From the IMG/VR virus record IMGVR_UViG_3300027841_000073, positions 1 through 64,000 of that record: DNA of 64,000 nt; one strand, written 5' to 3'. The notes under the pieces are model-generated. The model made no database searches and was not told where the DNA came from. It worked only from the letters and a program-made list of their open reading frames with translations. Positions 1-10,170 of this stretch are shown here, piece after piece. Both the position numbers and the translations under genes were made by a program. The number at the start of each line of letters is the position of its first letter. Within the stretch, counting starts at the first letter, position 1. This DNA comes from a virus.

Positions 1-1560
1 AGGTAAGCCTAATTGATTTTCACAACGCCATATAACTTCGCCATCCTGAATAGTTTCCCCTATTATAATAGGCCAAATTGGTTCACTCGCTCCTGAATTT
101 CCTTTTGTATCCGTAGTTGTATAAGCACTAACATCAGCTTGATAAATAAAATTATTAGGTATCGAAGGCATTACATATTGTCCTGAATCAACATACATAT
201 TTGGATACCATAAATTAGTAGTATGATCTTTTACATATGTCAATTCAACTACTGCCGGAGATATATCATGCCCATTAGTAGCAGTTACATTCGCTAAAAT
301 TTCCCTTAGTATTTTCTTATAATCATTTCTACCACGAATTAATTTTTTAGTTTCATGGAATAAAGGTGCATTTATTTTTATGGAATCTATATCCTCTGGT
401 TCTGCATATTCATTTAAGGATATATAATTTGTAATCTCTCCATAGAAAAAAGACAAAGCAGAAGGGGAGAATTGAATATCTTCTAATTGAATATAGGCTA
501 TTTTTAAAACATCATTAGTATCATAAGGATATAAGGAATAAATATTTTCATTTGTGCATACCCATGTAATTTCATTATCTACTATTTCCGTTCCTACATC
601 CATACTCCATATGGGTTCATTTGTACCTGAATTTGCTATGCCTACTGTTGTACTTCTATAATATAAATTAGTAAATTCTAACCCTACATTTTCCCATGTA
701 ATACCACCATCAACAACAGTAGCTCCTAAAGTTTCAGGCCAAATTGGTTCTGTAGTATTACTACCGCTTACTTTAGCAATTACTTTATACCTATAACCAT
801 TGGAAACAGTAGGTACAACTTGATCATTTATTTTATAAATAGTAGAAGCTCTCCATGAAAAATTAGGAGTAATATATTCGCTTTCGGAGTAACTACTATT
901 GGATACCCACAAATCAGGTGGATATTTATTAAGGTACAAAACATCAACACTATTCAATGAATTGGTAAGAACAATATATTTGTCTTCTGTTAGTTTTAAT
1001 ATAAAATTATCAGTAGGTACTTCATTATCATTAACATATAAAATAAAATCTTCACTTACTTTTGGTTTTATAAATCGAAATGTATTTATATTACGGGAAG
1101 GTATTACTTGTTCTTCCGTTTCTATATTACCCATTACTATTTCAAATGATTTTGGAACTTCAAATTCCAAAGCTACATCTTCAAAAGCTACAAGATCATA
1201 ACCAGATACACTACCTACGATATCAAATTTATTAAAAGATATGGTTTGATCCGGCATGACTGTTAAATACAAATGAGCATTTTTTCCCCTGAATACGGGA
1301 TAACCTTTGTCTTGTGCATTTGCGACTACACTACTTCTAATTAAAGCATCCATCATATAATTTTCACGGCGAGCTATTAAATTATGATAAGCTATATAAG
1401 TAGCAACTGCCGCAAAAAGTTCTTCAATAGTAGTACCAGTAGCTATTTCATAAAAACTTTTCCATCGTGCATATTCAGGTTTTGCCCTTACATATGTACG
1501 TATGTCATTTAAAATATCTTCATAGGATATGGATTCTACATTTATAAGGCCAGTACTCAT
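1..1560 (-). CDS. Baseplate wedge protein (T4 gp6/baseplate J-like), 3' end runs off the window
   Basis: Not in the ORF track. ATG at 1560 and the frame is open at the window edge. N-terminus MSTGLINVESISYEDILNDIRTYV...ARRENYMMDALIRSSVVANAQDKGY fits the gp6-type pattern, and the gene follows the gp25-like gene. Confidence 0.75.
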   Translation of the reverse strand, partial: MSTGLINVESISYEDILNDIRTYVRAKPEYARWKSFYEIATGTTIEELFAAVATYIAYHNLIARRENYMMDALIRSSVVANAQDKGYPVFRGKNAHLYLTVMPDQTISFNKFDIVGSVSGYDLVAFEDVALEFEVPKSFEIVMGNIETEEQVIPSRNINTFRFIKPKVSEDFILYVNDNEVPTDNFILKLTEDKYIVLTNSLNSVDVLYLNKYPPDLWVSNSSYSESEYITPNFSWRASTIYKINDQVVPTVSNGYRYKVIAKVSGSNTTEPIWPETLGATVVDGGITWENVGLEFTNLYYRSTTVGIANSGTNEPIWSMDVGTEIVDNEITWVCTNENIYSLYPYDTNDVLKIAYIQLEDIQFSPSALSFFYGEITNYISLNEYAEPEDIDSIKINAPLFHETKKLIRGRNDYKKILREILANVTATNGHDISPAVVELTYVKDHTTNLWYPNMYVDSGQYVMPSIPNNFIYQADVSAYTTTDTKGNSGASEPIWPIIIGETIQDGEVIWRCENQLGLP

Positions 1561-1931
1561 TGAGATACCTCACCACTTATAAAAAGTTCTTCATTCCATC
1601 CTTCAATTATGAAATATACTTGTATTTCATACCTATAATCATCGTAAATAGGTGTTACATTAGTACCTGCATAATTTAAAGTAACTTCTGGCAACCATGT
1701 TTCAAAAGCACTAATTATCATTTGATATATTTGTAAAGCATTTTCATCTGTTGCCAATTCAAAAAGTAATTCGTCCAATGGTAAACCAACAGTAGGTTGA
1801 AAAGGTCTTTCCCCTAATCCTGTATTAAGTAAATTATAAATAAAAGAATATATAGCTTCTATATTATCCACTAATGGCTTATTAAAAGGGTCAATAGCAT
1901 TTAAATCAGAATATAAAATTGCTGTTGCCAT
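1557..1931 (-). CDS. gp25-like baseplate/sheath initiator protein
   Basis: YSDL...IYNLLNTGLGERPFQPTVG...LLFE...WLPEV is the GPW/gp25 pattern. The likely start is ATG 1931 (MATAILYSD), coupled to the upstream stop. Confidence 0.8.
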   Translation of the reverse strand: MATAILYSDLNAIDPFNKPLVDNIEAIYSFIYNLLNTGLGERPFQPTVGLPLDELLFELATDENALQIYQMIISAFETWLPEVTLNYAGTNVTPIYDDYRYEIQVYFIIEGWNEELFISGEVSQ

Positions 1932-2254
1932 TAGTAATCTGACCTCACCGATTGTTTTGAAGATACACACATTAATAAACAACCACAACCAGTAGTTAAT
2001 GCAAAATCATTTTGTCTTGTAGTAAATTTTTCTTCTGAAAAATTCTTTTTACTTCCTTTATAAGGATAAGCAGTAGAACAATGTGGACAACTATGAACTA
2101 TATAAGGAATCATTTGTTTTCCAGTAGGTGACATTTCAGCCCGTACACTTTTAGCACCATTTATCATTACACCTACTACATTATGAGGACAACAAGGTAA
2201 ACCATGATTAGTAACACCTGTCCATATACTTAATACAGAAGTTTCACCTGACAT
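1931..2254 (-). CDS. PAAR-like Cys/His-rich spike tip protein
   Basis: Small, with metal-ligand-like H..CCPH, HSCPHC and GCGC motifs. Lies between the gp5-like and gp25-like genes. Confidence 0.55.
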   Translation of the reverse strand: MSGETSVLSIWTGVTNHGLPCCPHNVVGVMINGAKSVRAEMSPTGKQMIPYIVHSCPHCSTAYPYKGSKKNFSEEKFTTRQNDFALTTGCGCLLMCVSSKQSVRSDY

Positions 2255-2533
2255 TTATTCACCTATTATCTTTTCTATTTTTTCAATAAGGGCAAATCTT
2301 TGTTCCATTCTTGCTGTAATATCCACAAACCTAAATAACTCAATAATTTTTTCAGCTTTTTTCTTATCAATTTTATATCTATTCATTAAATTATACGTTA
2401 CATTTTTCTTATTATCAATAAGTTCACTTTCTAATTTACTTTTCATTTCTTCATATATCATTGCTTGATCGCTCATAGCTAACATTTTCCTACGTTTTAA
2501 TATGAATTGTTTTTCTTTAATTGTAATTTTCAT
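2255..2533 (-). CDS. KITA-tagged small protein
   Basis: Begins MKITIKEKQFILKRRKMLA; AAGGAG SD upstream. Confidence 0.75.
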   Translation of the reverse strand: MKITIKEKQFILKRRKMLAMSDQAMIYEEMKSKLESELIDNKKNVTYNLMNRYKIDKKKAEKIIELFRFVDITARMEQRFALIEKIEKIIGE

Positions 2534-2542
2534 TATTACTCC

Positions 2543-3319
2543 TTATAAACTATCCAGATATTCTTGCCACGTCATAATAGAAGTCGGGTCCGTCCAATCC
2601 GGGTCTTCTTCCATACTTGCTAATGCAGGGGGTTTAGCAGGATCAGTAGGATCAATCATAAAATCTTTTCCATATACTAATCCATTACCATCTAAATCTT
2701 CATTACCTTGATATTCACTTACTAATGCCGCAAATGCAGGGGGTGGAGTAGGCGGAGTACCACCTAAATTTGGAGCATGACCACATTCCCCTAAACCATT
2801 ATTAGCATTTTTGTCCCATACTCTACATGCTTCTCTTACACAAAAAGTAGTTGTATCCGTAACAGCAATTGATTGTACTACATATTTATGACTACCATAA
2901 GGATCAGGTTCACCAACAGGGAACATTTGTCTAATAGTATCACCCGGTTTATAAACATGATTTGGTTGCCATTCAGGGTAAAGAATAAATGGTTGGTTGT
3001 ATTGTAATTCCCATTGTATTTCATTATCACTTACTGTTGGAGTAGGGCCGGGAGTAGTACCTTGTGGAAACCAACTAGGCGGCATACTACCAGATTCCCC
3101 ACCTTCTTTAGCATAAAATATCCCACTTTCCCTTGGATCAAAAATTACATATCCAACAGGATCAGTAGGGGGTGCGCCGGAAGAAACCCATGCTGAACCA
3201 TTCCATGATTCCCATTCATAAGTAGAACCTGTCCAAAGCATCCGCCAAGTAAATCCACCAATTACTATTAATGATTTAAATTTAAAATACCCTTTATGAG
3301 GGCAAAGAAAACCCGGCAT
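2543..3319 (-). CDS. Pro/Trp-rich baseplate-region protein of unknown function
   Basis: 258-aa ORF coupled to the gp5-like gene. WQPNHVYKPGD resembles a small carbohydrate-binding-type module. Confidence 0.55.
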   Translation of the reverse strand: MPGFLCPHKGYFKFKSLIVIGGFTWRMLWTGSTYEWESWNGSAWVSSGAPPTDPVGYVIFDPRESGIFYAKEGGESGSMPPSWFPQGTTPGPTPTVSDNEIQWELQYNQPFILYPEWQPNHVYKPGDTIRQMFPVGEPDPYGSHKYVVQSIAVTDTTTFCVREACRVWDKNANNGLGECGHAPNLGGTPPTPPPAFAALVSEYQGNEDLDGNGLVYGKDFMIDPTDPAKPPALASMEEDPDWTDPTSIMTWQEYLDSL

Positions 3320-4350
3320 TATGAATCTCCTTTCAAACTATTCGCTTCACTTTCCAACTTAGCTTTTACTTCTTCCCCTCTACTTTTTAAATTTTCAGCT
3401 AATGTTTTTAATTCATTTAGTTTGGATGTTAAATTACTTATTTCACTTTCCAAATCAGCGATGCCACTTTCTAAATTACTCATATCCGGGGGAGTAGGTG
3501 GAACAGCGGGAATAGGTGTAGGGGGTGCTTGATTATGAGCTATTAAAGTACCCATATGTGCTATTAAACCACTTGACAATATACCTTGAACAGAACATTT
3601 TATAAAGTGTGCGCCACCTACTTGTTCTGCTAAATTACCAGCACTAACAAAAAATATATTTGCACCCATGCAGGATAAGTTTGCACTTGCATTTATATTT
3701 ACATTAGCTCCCGCACTTAAACTATAAATAGCACCTACGTTTATATTGTCATTCGCAGAAACATCCCTACTATAATTAGTACATTTCAGATTATAATTTT
3801 CACCCACTTGTATATTAAAATTTTTAGCGATATTCAAATTATAATCTTCCCCTATATCGTGTGTTAAACTTTTAGGATGTACTATTACTAAATTCCCTTC
3901 TTTATCAATTCTTATTACTAACCCACTTACATGATAATATTCTGCATACTGTTCTTTTTTATTTACTCTATAAAAGGAAACTGTAGAATCAACGAAACCA
4001 TAACTTTCGGGGTAGTCTTCATCGAATATATCTTGCTTTGTATTGCTATTTTTAAAAAAGCCTTTGTAAACTGGAAAATAAACATTGTCTTTATTTGGAA
4101 AATAAACAGTAATAAGGCTGTTTACTTCTGGTATTATTGTATTACTTAAATCCGGTCTACCACCTAAAGAACTAATGCCTTGTGGATAACACCATGGCAA
4201 TTTTTCAATGTCATCCGATTCTAATATTTTTGGTATTTTAACTTTTATTCTGCATAATTTTTCAGGGTCATCGTTTTTTACTACTATACCACGAAAATCA
4301 CCTTCTAAATTATTTTCTCTTTTAAAATATTCAATGGCTTTTAGAAGCAT
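3319..4350 (-). CDS. Baseplate central spike (gp5/gpV-like) with C-terminal coiled coil
   Basis: RGIVVKNDDPEKLCRIKVKIP...LPWC..P OB-fold signature, followed by beta-helix-like repeats, a Pro linker and a heptad tail. Confidence 0.85.
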   Translation of the reverse strand: MLLKAIEYFKRENNLEGDFRGIVVKNDDPEKLCRIKVKIPKILESDDIEKLPWCYPQGISSLGGRPDLSNTIIPEVNSLITVYFPNKDNVYFPVYKGFFKNSNTKQDIFDEDYPESYGFVDSTVSFYRVNKKEQYAEYYHVSGLVIRIDKEGNLVIVHPKSLTHDIGEDYNLNIAKNFNIQVGENYNLKCTNYSRDVSANDNINVGAIYSLSAGANVNINASANLSCMGANIFFVSAGNLAEQVGGAHFIKCSVQGILSSGLIAHMGTLIAHNQAPPTPIPAVPPTPPDMSNLESGIADLESEISNLTSKLNELKTLAENLKSRGEEVKAKLESEANSLKGDS

Positions 4351-4389
4351 TAAAAATTATTCCTTTTACTATTTAAAAATACATATACC

Positions 4390-5541
4390 TTAGTACAAAT
4401 CACCTTTGATACTATTCATTGATTCCCTATATAATTTGCATGTTGTTAGCAATTGGCTATTTTGAATAACCCTACTAACTAACCCAACTATATAAGGACC
4501 GCTAGGAAATTCTAAAGCTTCTACACCTTCCCCTACAGCTACCGAATCTGAAAAATGAATCAAATCATAAATACTTATTTCATTCATAATGGATGGAAAA
4601 CTTACTTCAATGCTTTCAGAAGAAAATAAAGATAATCCTGCAATATTTCTTATATACGCTTCAAAATACTTGTCATGTATATTAGCAATGGATGTACCAA
4701 TAGGTAATCCCCTGTTTATATTTATTCGTCTACTTAAAGCATTTGTCATCGCCATCAATGGTTTTATTTCTTCACTTGTAAAATACATTGAATCATTTTG
4801 TAATGTATAAATAGGCTTTATTCTGTTATAACCTACCCAACAATTTATAAAACCACTTTTGGATTTTAAATAATAATTACCGGATATGGGTATTGTCTTA
4901 TCATCAATGGTATCCGTTTTCAAAAATTTATAATCGTAATTATCTACTTTATCCGTTATTAATTTTTTGAAATCCCGTAATATGAATTGTCCATTACTAT
5001 TTATTCCTGCCCCATAAAAGGAACTAGGGTCATAAGAATGAAGTAAAACTTCATCAATAAACCTTTTACCTGTTATGTAAGGTTGAATCCAATACTGTTC
5101 ATCTTTTGATTCTGTTACATTTGCATCAGGTAATGGTTTGGGGAAATATTTTTTAGCTTGTTCAATTACTACTTCTATACCTGATTTTTTATCGGTTATA
5201 GTTGTATACGGGTTTGTAATATATTCAATACAAGAATACAAACCAGATGCTTTTATAGCGAATTGATTGACACCTAAAAAGTCATGTTGTTTTGAAGTAA
5301 TTATTAATTTAGTATCTATTAAATTTTCTTCATCCTTGCCATAAGTAATTTCTAAATCATAACCTTCGTGGAATACTTCTAAAAGTTCCTTGTCTTTTGT
5401 TATAAATTCTATTTCCCATACAGGTAGTACATTCCCTGCTTCTTCAATGACAACAAAACTCAATAAATCTTGTGTTTCAATAAAATCTTTTTTACCACCT
5501 ATGGAAAAGATATATACGAATTGAGAATCTACTTTTACCAT
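4390..5541 (-). CDS. Putative baseplate hub protein (gp27-like)
   Basis: 383 aa, directly upstream of the spike gene. Call rests mainly on synteny. Confidence 0.5.
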   Translation of the reverse strand: MVKVDSQFVYIFSIGGKKDFIETQDLLSFVVIEEAGNVLPVWEIEFITKDKELLEVFHEGYDLEITYGKDEENLIDTKLIITSKQHDFLGVNQFAIKASGLYSCIEYITNPYTTITDKKSGIEVVIEQAKKYFPKPLPDANVTESKDEQYWIQPYITGKRFIDEVLLHSYDPSSFYGAGINSNGQFILRDFKKLITDKVDNYDYKFLKTDTIDDKTIPISGNYYLKSKSGFINCWVGYNRIKPIYTLQNDSMYFTSEEIKPLMAMTNALSRRININRGLPIGTSIANIHDKYFEAYIRNIAGLSLFSSESIEVSFPSIMNEISIYDLIHFSDSVAVGEGVEALEFPSGPYIVGLVSRVIQNSQLLTTCKLYRESMNSIKGDLY

Positions 5542-5542
5542 A

Positions 5543-5890
5543 TCAACCTTCTACCTGTGTTTGTTTCGCTTTTAAACTGAAATATAATTCTTCCAAACTG
5601 TCAATGGATGGATAATTTATTTCATTACCTATGTATATTTCATCGAAGGAACGCAAATCATTATAAATCATTAGTATTTTCCATAGACCTGTATTACTAT
5701 ATATTTTATATGAAATTAATTCAGGTTTAAAACTTTCATTTGTTACTTTGAAAACACCTTTAATGGGCAAGGATTTAATTTTATATATGAAATAAGATGA
5801 AAGTACATCATATCCATTTTCGATAAACTCCATGAATTTATCGAAATCATATCTTGGTTTTGAATCCTTGTCTAAGTTTATATAAAACAT
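5543..5890 (-). CDS. Baseplate wedge gp53-like / LysM-like protein
   Basis: PELISYKIYSNTGLWKILMIYNDL...IG.EI.YP motif. Confidence 0.7.
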   Translation of the reverse strand: MFYINLDKDSKPRYDFDKFMEFIENGYDVLSSYFIYKIKSLPIKGVFKVTNESFKPELISYKIYSNTGLWKILMIYNDLRSFDEIYIGNEINYPSIDSLEELYFSLKAKQTQVEG

Positions 5891-5900
5891 AAATTGTCCT

Positions 5901-6530
5901 TTATGAGAAATAACTTAAAAATTGGGGTGCGCTTAATAATCTGTAAGGTGCAAAAGATATAGTACCAATAGCATATAAAGGATGCCCATTTTGATTACAT
6001 AAAGTAGATAACCTAAATGATGCTGATTTTAGTACTTGATTAGGGGCGCGAAACCATCTACCTATTGATACTGCGAATTTACCACCACCTGCATCTTTTG
6101 TAAGAAGACTATAACCCCAAGGGGCTTTCATTGTTGTACCACTCCATGACTTAGGCATTGTACCCTCTAAAAACTTTTTAGCATATTCTCTTACGTCTTC
6201 CCCTCTTATGGAAACAAAAGTTAATTCTAAACTAAATTCCGGCCTTTCACTACCAGACCATGATAGAGTAGTTTCTAAAGGAGACATTACTTTTGTTTGA
6301 GTAGCGGCAGTAGCCATTTTCATAATTGATTTACCTTTATTACCTGCAATAGCCCCTACTGCCATTTCAGCTAAAGATTCTTCCAATAATGAATTATAAG
6401 TAGCAGTACCCGAAACATCAAAAGTATCAGAAGTCATAAAAGCAGTAACAGGCCCGGTAGGTAAAGCAAACCTGATAGTTAAATCAGGATTTTTCATTAT
6501 TTTATCTATGTATAAAAATGGTTCAGACAT
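5901..6530 (-). CDS. Putative tail-tube initiator / baseplate protein
   Basis: Sits between the tape-measure-like and gp53-like genes; W.GS.RP.F.L.L.F beta-strand pattern. Confidence 0.45.
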   Translation of the reverse strand: MSEPFLYIDKIMKNPDLTIRFALPTGPVTAFMTSDTFDVSGTATYNSLLEESLAEMAVGAIAGNKGKSIMKMATAATQTKVMSPLETTLSWSGSERPEFSLELTFVSIRGEDVREYAKKFLEGTMPKSWSGTTMKAPWGYSLLTKDAGGGKFAVSIGRWFRAPNQVLKSASFRLSTLCNQNGHPLYAIGTISFAPYRLLSAPQFLSYFS

Positions 6531-6535
6531 AATTT

Positions 6536-9019
6536 TTACCCCATAATAGTTCTAAGTAATTCTGTATTCGCTTCATCAATAGTAGTTTTTTTAGTAACAG
6601 GTGTAGTAGAAACAGGTACATTTTTAGAATTATTTATAATAGTAGGGGGAGGAACATTTATTACTGGTTGTTGCTGTTCCCCTATTGCTCTTTCCCCTTC
6701 TTTAATAAATGAAGTAGGAGTAGGTGATGGTGTAGGTTTAATTTCAGCAATAGCCGGTTCTGTTAAAGAAGACTTAAATTCTTCTCTTTTACTTTTTATT
6801 TCTTCAGGTGTTCCAAATTGATCTATTTTTAAAAGTTCTTCTGATGTTTTTGCTTTTTTCATTTTTTCAATTGCTTCATTGTATGTATCTAATAATTCTA
6901 TTTCATAATCATCTGTTTCCCCTTTAGCTTTTCTATCTATTATATCTTGTCTTTCCTCCCATGCTAAAGATTTTTTAATATAAGTATCTTTTGCTTTTTC
7001 AAAATCACCTTCTGGTAAACTTTTACTAATACCTACTTTAGGCTGTTCTATCATTTCTGTTGCTTTTGGTTGTTCGATAATTTCCTCTTTAGGTATCTCT
7101 ATTTTGGGTTCTTTTATTGTTTCTTTTTCTGGTATTATAGCTTTTTTACCATATATGTATAGCTTATCTGTTTTTAATTTTTTAGAAATTTCAGCCGTAG
7201 CCATTAATTCAGCTTTACGCCTTGCATTTAATATATCTTTAGGACTATCCGATACAGGAGTATAATAAACAGTAGCAGATTCTAAGTTGCCTTTATCATC
7301 CCTTGCATTTAAAGTAATACCAAATTTTTCCGATGGTTTTTTTGTTTCAACAATGGCTTTTGGTTTTTCTTCTAATTTTTCAGGCAAATTTTCAGTTACT
7401 TTAGATGGTACTACTGGTTTAGGTGTTTCTACTGGTTTAGGTATTTCTACTGGTTTAGGTATTTCTACTGGTTTAGGTATTTCTACTGGTTTAGGTATTT
7501 CTACTGGTTTAGGTATTTCTGTTACTGGTATTTCATTTCCAAAAATATCTCTTTTGGGTTTAATTTCTTCTACTGGTTTAGATTCTGGTTTCGGTTCATA
7601 AGATTCTAATTTTGGTTTTTCTTCACTTACTTCTTCTGGCATTACTTCTGTTGCTTTTCTTTTTTGCTCTATTTCATATTGCAATCTTTTTTGGAGTTGG
7701 GCTTTTCTTTTTTCTAAATCTTCTATTTCTTTTTCATCTTCATCACTAATAAAGGTTTCACCTTTTTTCTTAATTAATTGATCTTGCATTGCATCTATAT
7801 TTTTTTGTAATTTTTCTGTATCTTTAAAATCCTCCGCACTACCTAACCCTTCCGTACCAGTTAAAGGTTGTGTTTTATCTCCACCATGAAACCATTCAAA
7901 CATTTTCTCCCCTAAAGTCTTTCCACCGAAAGCTTTAGTCATTTGATTATTTAACCATGACCCCGCCATATACCCCGCCGCACCCGCACCTACTACTAAA
8001 CCCGCACTACCTAAAAGTTTTCCTACTCCCCCTTTTAGTAATCCTGTTACAGGTGTTTTAAAAAAACTACCAAGTATTCCAGTAGACTTCTTATTTTGTT
8101 CTCCTAAATCTTTACCTAATCCATCTATATTTTCATTTATTGCATCAGACGCCATTTGTGTAGCATCAGTAATTCCATTTATAAGTTTTTCATCCCTTGC
8201 ATCTTCTCTTAATTCCTGTTGTAATTTTTTAGCACTTGCATCTTCCATACTGTCTTTTGCATTGTCCGCGCCTTCCCTTGTATTTTCCTCTATTTGTTTT
8301 AGTACATTTTCATTTCCCACTTCCTCTACTTCATCTTCTTCACCTACTTCACCTACTTCACCATTTTCTTTTTTAGGTTGTTTTTGTTCAAATGCTTTTG
8401 TTTTTTCTTTTGTTTGTTCCCCCCATTGCTTAGATTTACCCAATAACTTATTACCTAATGCTTCAATAATGGGTAATTCTGTTGATTGTAATTTTGTACC
8501 TATACTTTGAAATTTACTACCTACTACTTGTCTACCTATTTCACCAATACCACCTTTTAAACCATAAGCTCCCATCATTTTTAATGATCTACCTACATTT
8601 TTTAAACTAAATAAATCTTTATCAAGTTTAAGTGAATCTGTTACTGATTTTTTGTCATCCCCGTAATCTTCATCTTCTTCATCTTCTTTACCCTTACCTT
8701 TTGATTTGTCTTTACCTTTACCTTTTTCTTTACTTTGTTTATTAGTTTCGGTTACTCCTTTTTCAGTACCTTTAGTATCTTTGGCTATGTTAGGTAAAAA
8801 TTTTACAATACTTTCTTTTATATCCATTATATAATTAGATATACTACTAAACATCCCTTTTATATCATCAGCTAAATCAAATACGGGCTTTTTACCACTA
8901 TTAGGGGCTAACCCTAATCTGGAAGCCCGCATATTAGGATCACTAATATCAGGCATATTTATACCACCAATTTGTTCTGCTTTACCAGATTCTAAATCAG
9001 GATAATAATCTAAAGGCAT
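6536..9019 (-). CDS. Tape-measure-like protein
   Basis: 827 aa, helical and charged, with a Gly/Ala-rich hydrophobic patch (LLGSAGLVVGAGAAGYMAG). Lies downstream of the tube and chaperone genes. Confidence 0.6.
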   Translation of the reverse strand: MPLDYYPDLESGKAEQIGGINMPDISDPNMRASRLGLAPNSGKKPVFDLADDIKGMFSSISNYIMDIKESIVKFLPNIAKDTKGTEKGVTETNKQSKEKGKGKDKSKGKGKEDEEDEDYGDDKKSVTDSLKLDKDLFSLKNVGRSLKMMGAYGLKGGIGEIGRQVVGSKFQSIGTKLQSTELPIIEALGNKLLGKSKQWGEQTKEKTKAFEQKQPKKENGEVGEVGEEDEVEEVGNENVLKQIEENTREGADNAKDSMEDASAKKLQQELREDARDEKLINGITDATQMASDAINENIDGLGKDLGEQNKKSTGILGSFFKTPVTGLLKGGVGKLLGSAGLVVGAGAAGYMAGSWLNNQMTKAFGGKTLGEKMFEWFHGGDKTQPLTGTEGLGSAEDFKDTEKLQKNIDAMQDQLIKKKGETFISDEDEKEIEDLEKRKAQLQKRLQYEIEQKRKATEVMPEEVSEEKPKLESYEPKPESKPVEEIKPKRDIFGNEIPVTEIPKPVEIPKPVEIPKPVEIPKPVEIPKPVETPKPVVPSKVTENLPEKLEEKPKAIVETKKPSEKFGITLNARDDKGNLESATVYYTPVSDSPKDILNARRKAELMATAEISKKLKTDKLYIYGKKAIIPEKETIKEPKIEIPKEEIIEQPKATEMIEQPKVGISKSLPEGDFEKAKDTYIKKSLAWEERQDIIDRKAKGETDDYEIELLDTYNEAIEKMKKAKTSEELLKIDQFGTPEEIKSKREEFKSSLTEPAIAEIKPTPSPTPTSFIKEGERAIGEQQQPVINVPPPTIINNSKNVPVSTTPVTKKTTIDEANTELLRTIMG
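7411..7519. repeat. 6 x 18-bp coding tandem repeat (PVEIPK)
   Basis: Unit ctactggtttaggtattt starts at 7411, 7429, 7447, 7465, 7483 and 7501. Confidence 0.95.
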
Positions 9020-9169
9020 TTATTTACCTCTTTGTTTACGGATTATAGATTCAATATATTCACATTGACGTATTACATATCCATAATCCAAATAACCTAT
9101 GTGAAATAAATCAATCATTCCATATTTAGCCAAAATTAATTCTATCTTCAATAGTTCCCCTATATCCAC
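9020..9169 (-). CDS. 49-codon +1-frame ORF overlapping the chaperone 3' end (probable frameshift extension)
   Basis: VDIGELLKIELILAKYGMIDLFHIGYLDYGYVIRQCEYIESIIRKQRGK*. It begins at CCC TTT CGT, has no SD, and its stop abuts the tape-measure ATG. Confidence 0.55.
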   Translation of the reverse strand: MDIGELLKIELILAKYGMIDLFHIGYLDYGYVIRQCEYIESIIRKQRGK

Positions 9170-10088
9170 GAAAGGGTATTATTATGGACTCACCCCCTGA
9201 AAGTCCTATGTATATTGTATTACCACAAATAGTATTTTTATTGGTAGTACATTTAATTTTTAAAGGGCTTAAACGATGTCCTAACAAGCTATCGACTTGC
9301 TCCAATAAAGTAATATCTTCATCTACATTTACATTACTAAATAAATCATAAGCTTCCCTAAAAGGTAAAGATACACAATGACCTGCAAGTATTGATATTT
9401 TATCTTTTACTTTATTACCTTCCCCATCCAATATGTATTCCCCTTTTTCGTCTTTTAAGTAGAATAAGTCATTTTTCAAAATCTTCATAAAAGTATCAAT
9501 AGTAATAGTAGAAAATTTCTGTTTACCAATAGTGTAAAAATCAATTTCAATAGGCAAAGACTTTATTTTATCAAGATCCAAATCATCAAAAGTTAAATCA
9601 GAAAACCCAAATCTATGAACATTTGTTTCCTTGCATTTATTACAGTAGTAAGGTACGGAGTAAATTGGTGCAGGTAAAGAAGACATTTTTCTAAGTACAT
9701 TGATATACATAAAATCAAATAAAGATAATTGCCGTTTATCAAAATTTTCTGTCTCTATACCTTGAAGCATTAACTCATACTGATAATCTAAAGGCAATTT
9801 TGAATCGGATAGTGTCTTTATTATTCTATACGGATATGTGGAAGCTATTATTCTACTACCTTTTGGATATGGTAAATAATGAGTAGGAATATCTCCAATT
9901 AAAAATTTTGAAGTTTGATCCTTTAGTAATTCAATTTTACTTGCAAGATTACTAATAAACTCTTCATTGAATTTCAAATTTAAAAAATCATTTTTTTCAA
10001 TGCTTTTACTTTCTTTCTTTTTAGCTACTGGATTACCTTTTAACGTTAATCCATTAATATCTTTTTTATTTTTGATTTCAAAACTCAT
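9126..10088 (-). CDS. Tail/baseplate-hub assembly chaperone (T4 gp26/gp51-like)
   Basis: LSLFDFMYINVLRK...Y.CNKC plus a C-terminal C...CG zinc pair. Position between tube and tape-measure genes. Confidence 0.6.
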   Translation of the reverse strand: MSFEIKNKKDINGLTLKGNPVAKKKESKSIEKNDFLNLKFNEEFISNLASKIELLKDQTSKFLIGDIPTHYLPYPKGSRIIASTYPYRIIKTLSDSKLPLDYQYELMLQGIETENFDKRQLSLFDFMYINVLRKMSSLPAPIYSVPYYCNKCKETNVHRFGFSDLTFDDLDLDKIKSLPIEIDFYTIGKQKFSTITIDTFMKILKNDLFYLKDEKGEYILDGEGNKVKDKISILAGHCVSLPFREAYDLFSNVNVDEDITLLEQVDSLLGHRLSPLKIKCTTNKNTICGNTIYIGLSGGESIIIPFRGYRGTIEDRINFG

Positions 10089-10111
10089 ACGTTTCCTCCT
10101 TGTCTAAATTA

Positions 10112-10147
10112 AAATACCCCACCCTACATATTAGGGCAGGGTATTTG
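10112..10147 (-). terminator. Probable terminator hairpin after the tail tube genes
   Basis: Imperfect stem aaataccc...gggtattt followed by a T-run on the minus strand. Confidence 0.45.
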
Positions 10148-10170
10148 AAGTTTAATAAACGTAAACTATT

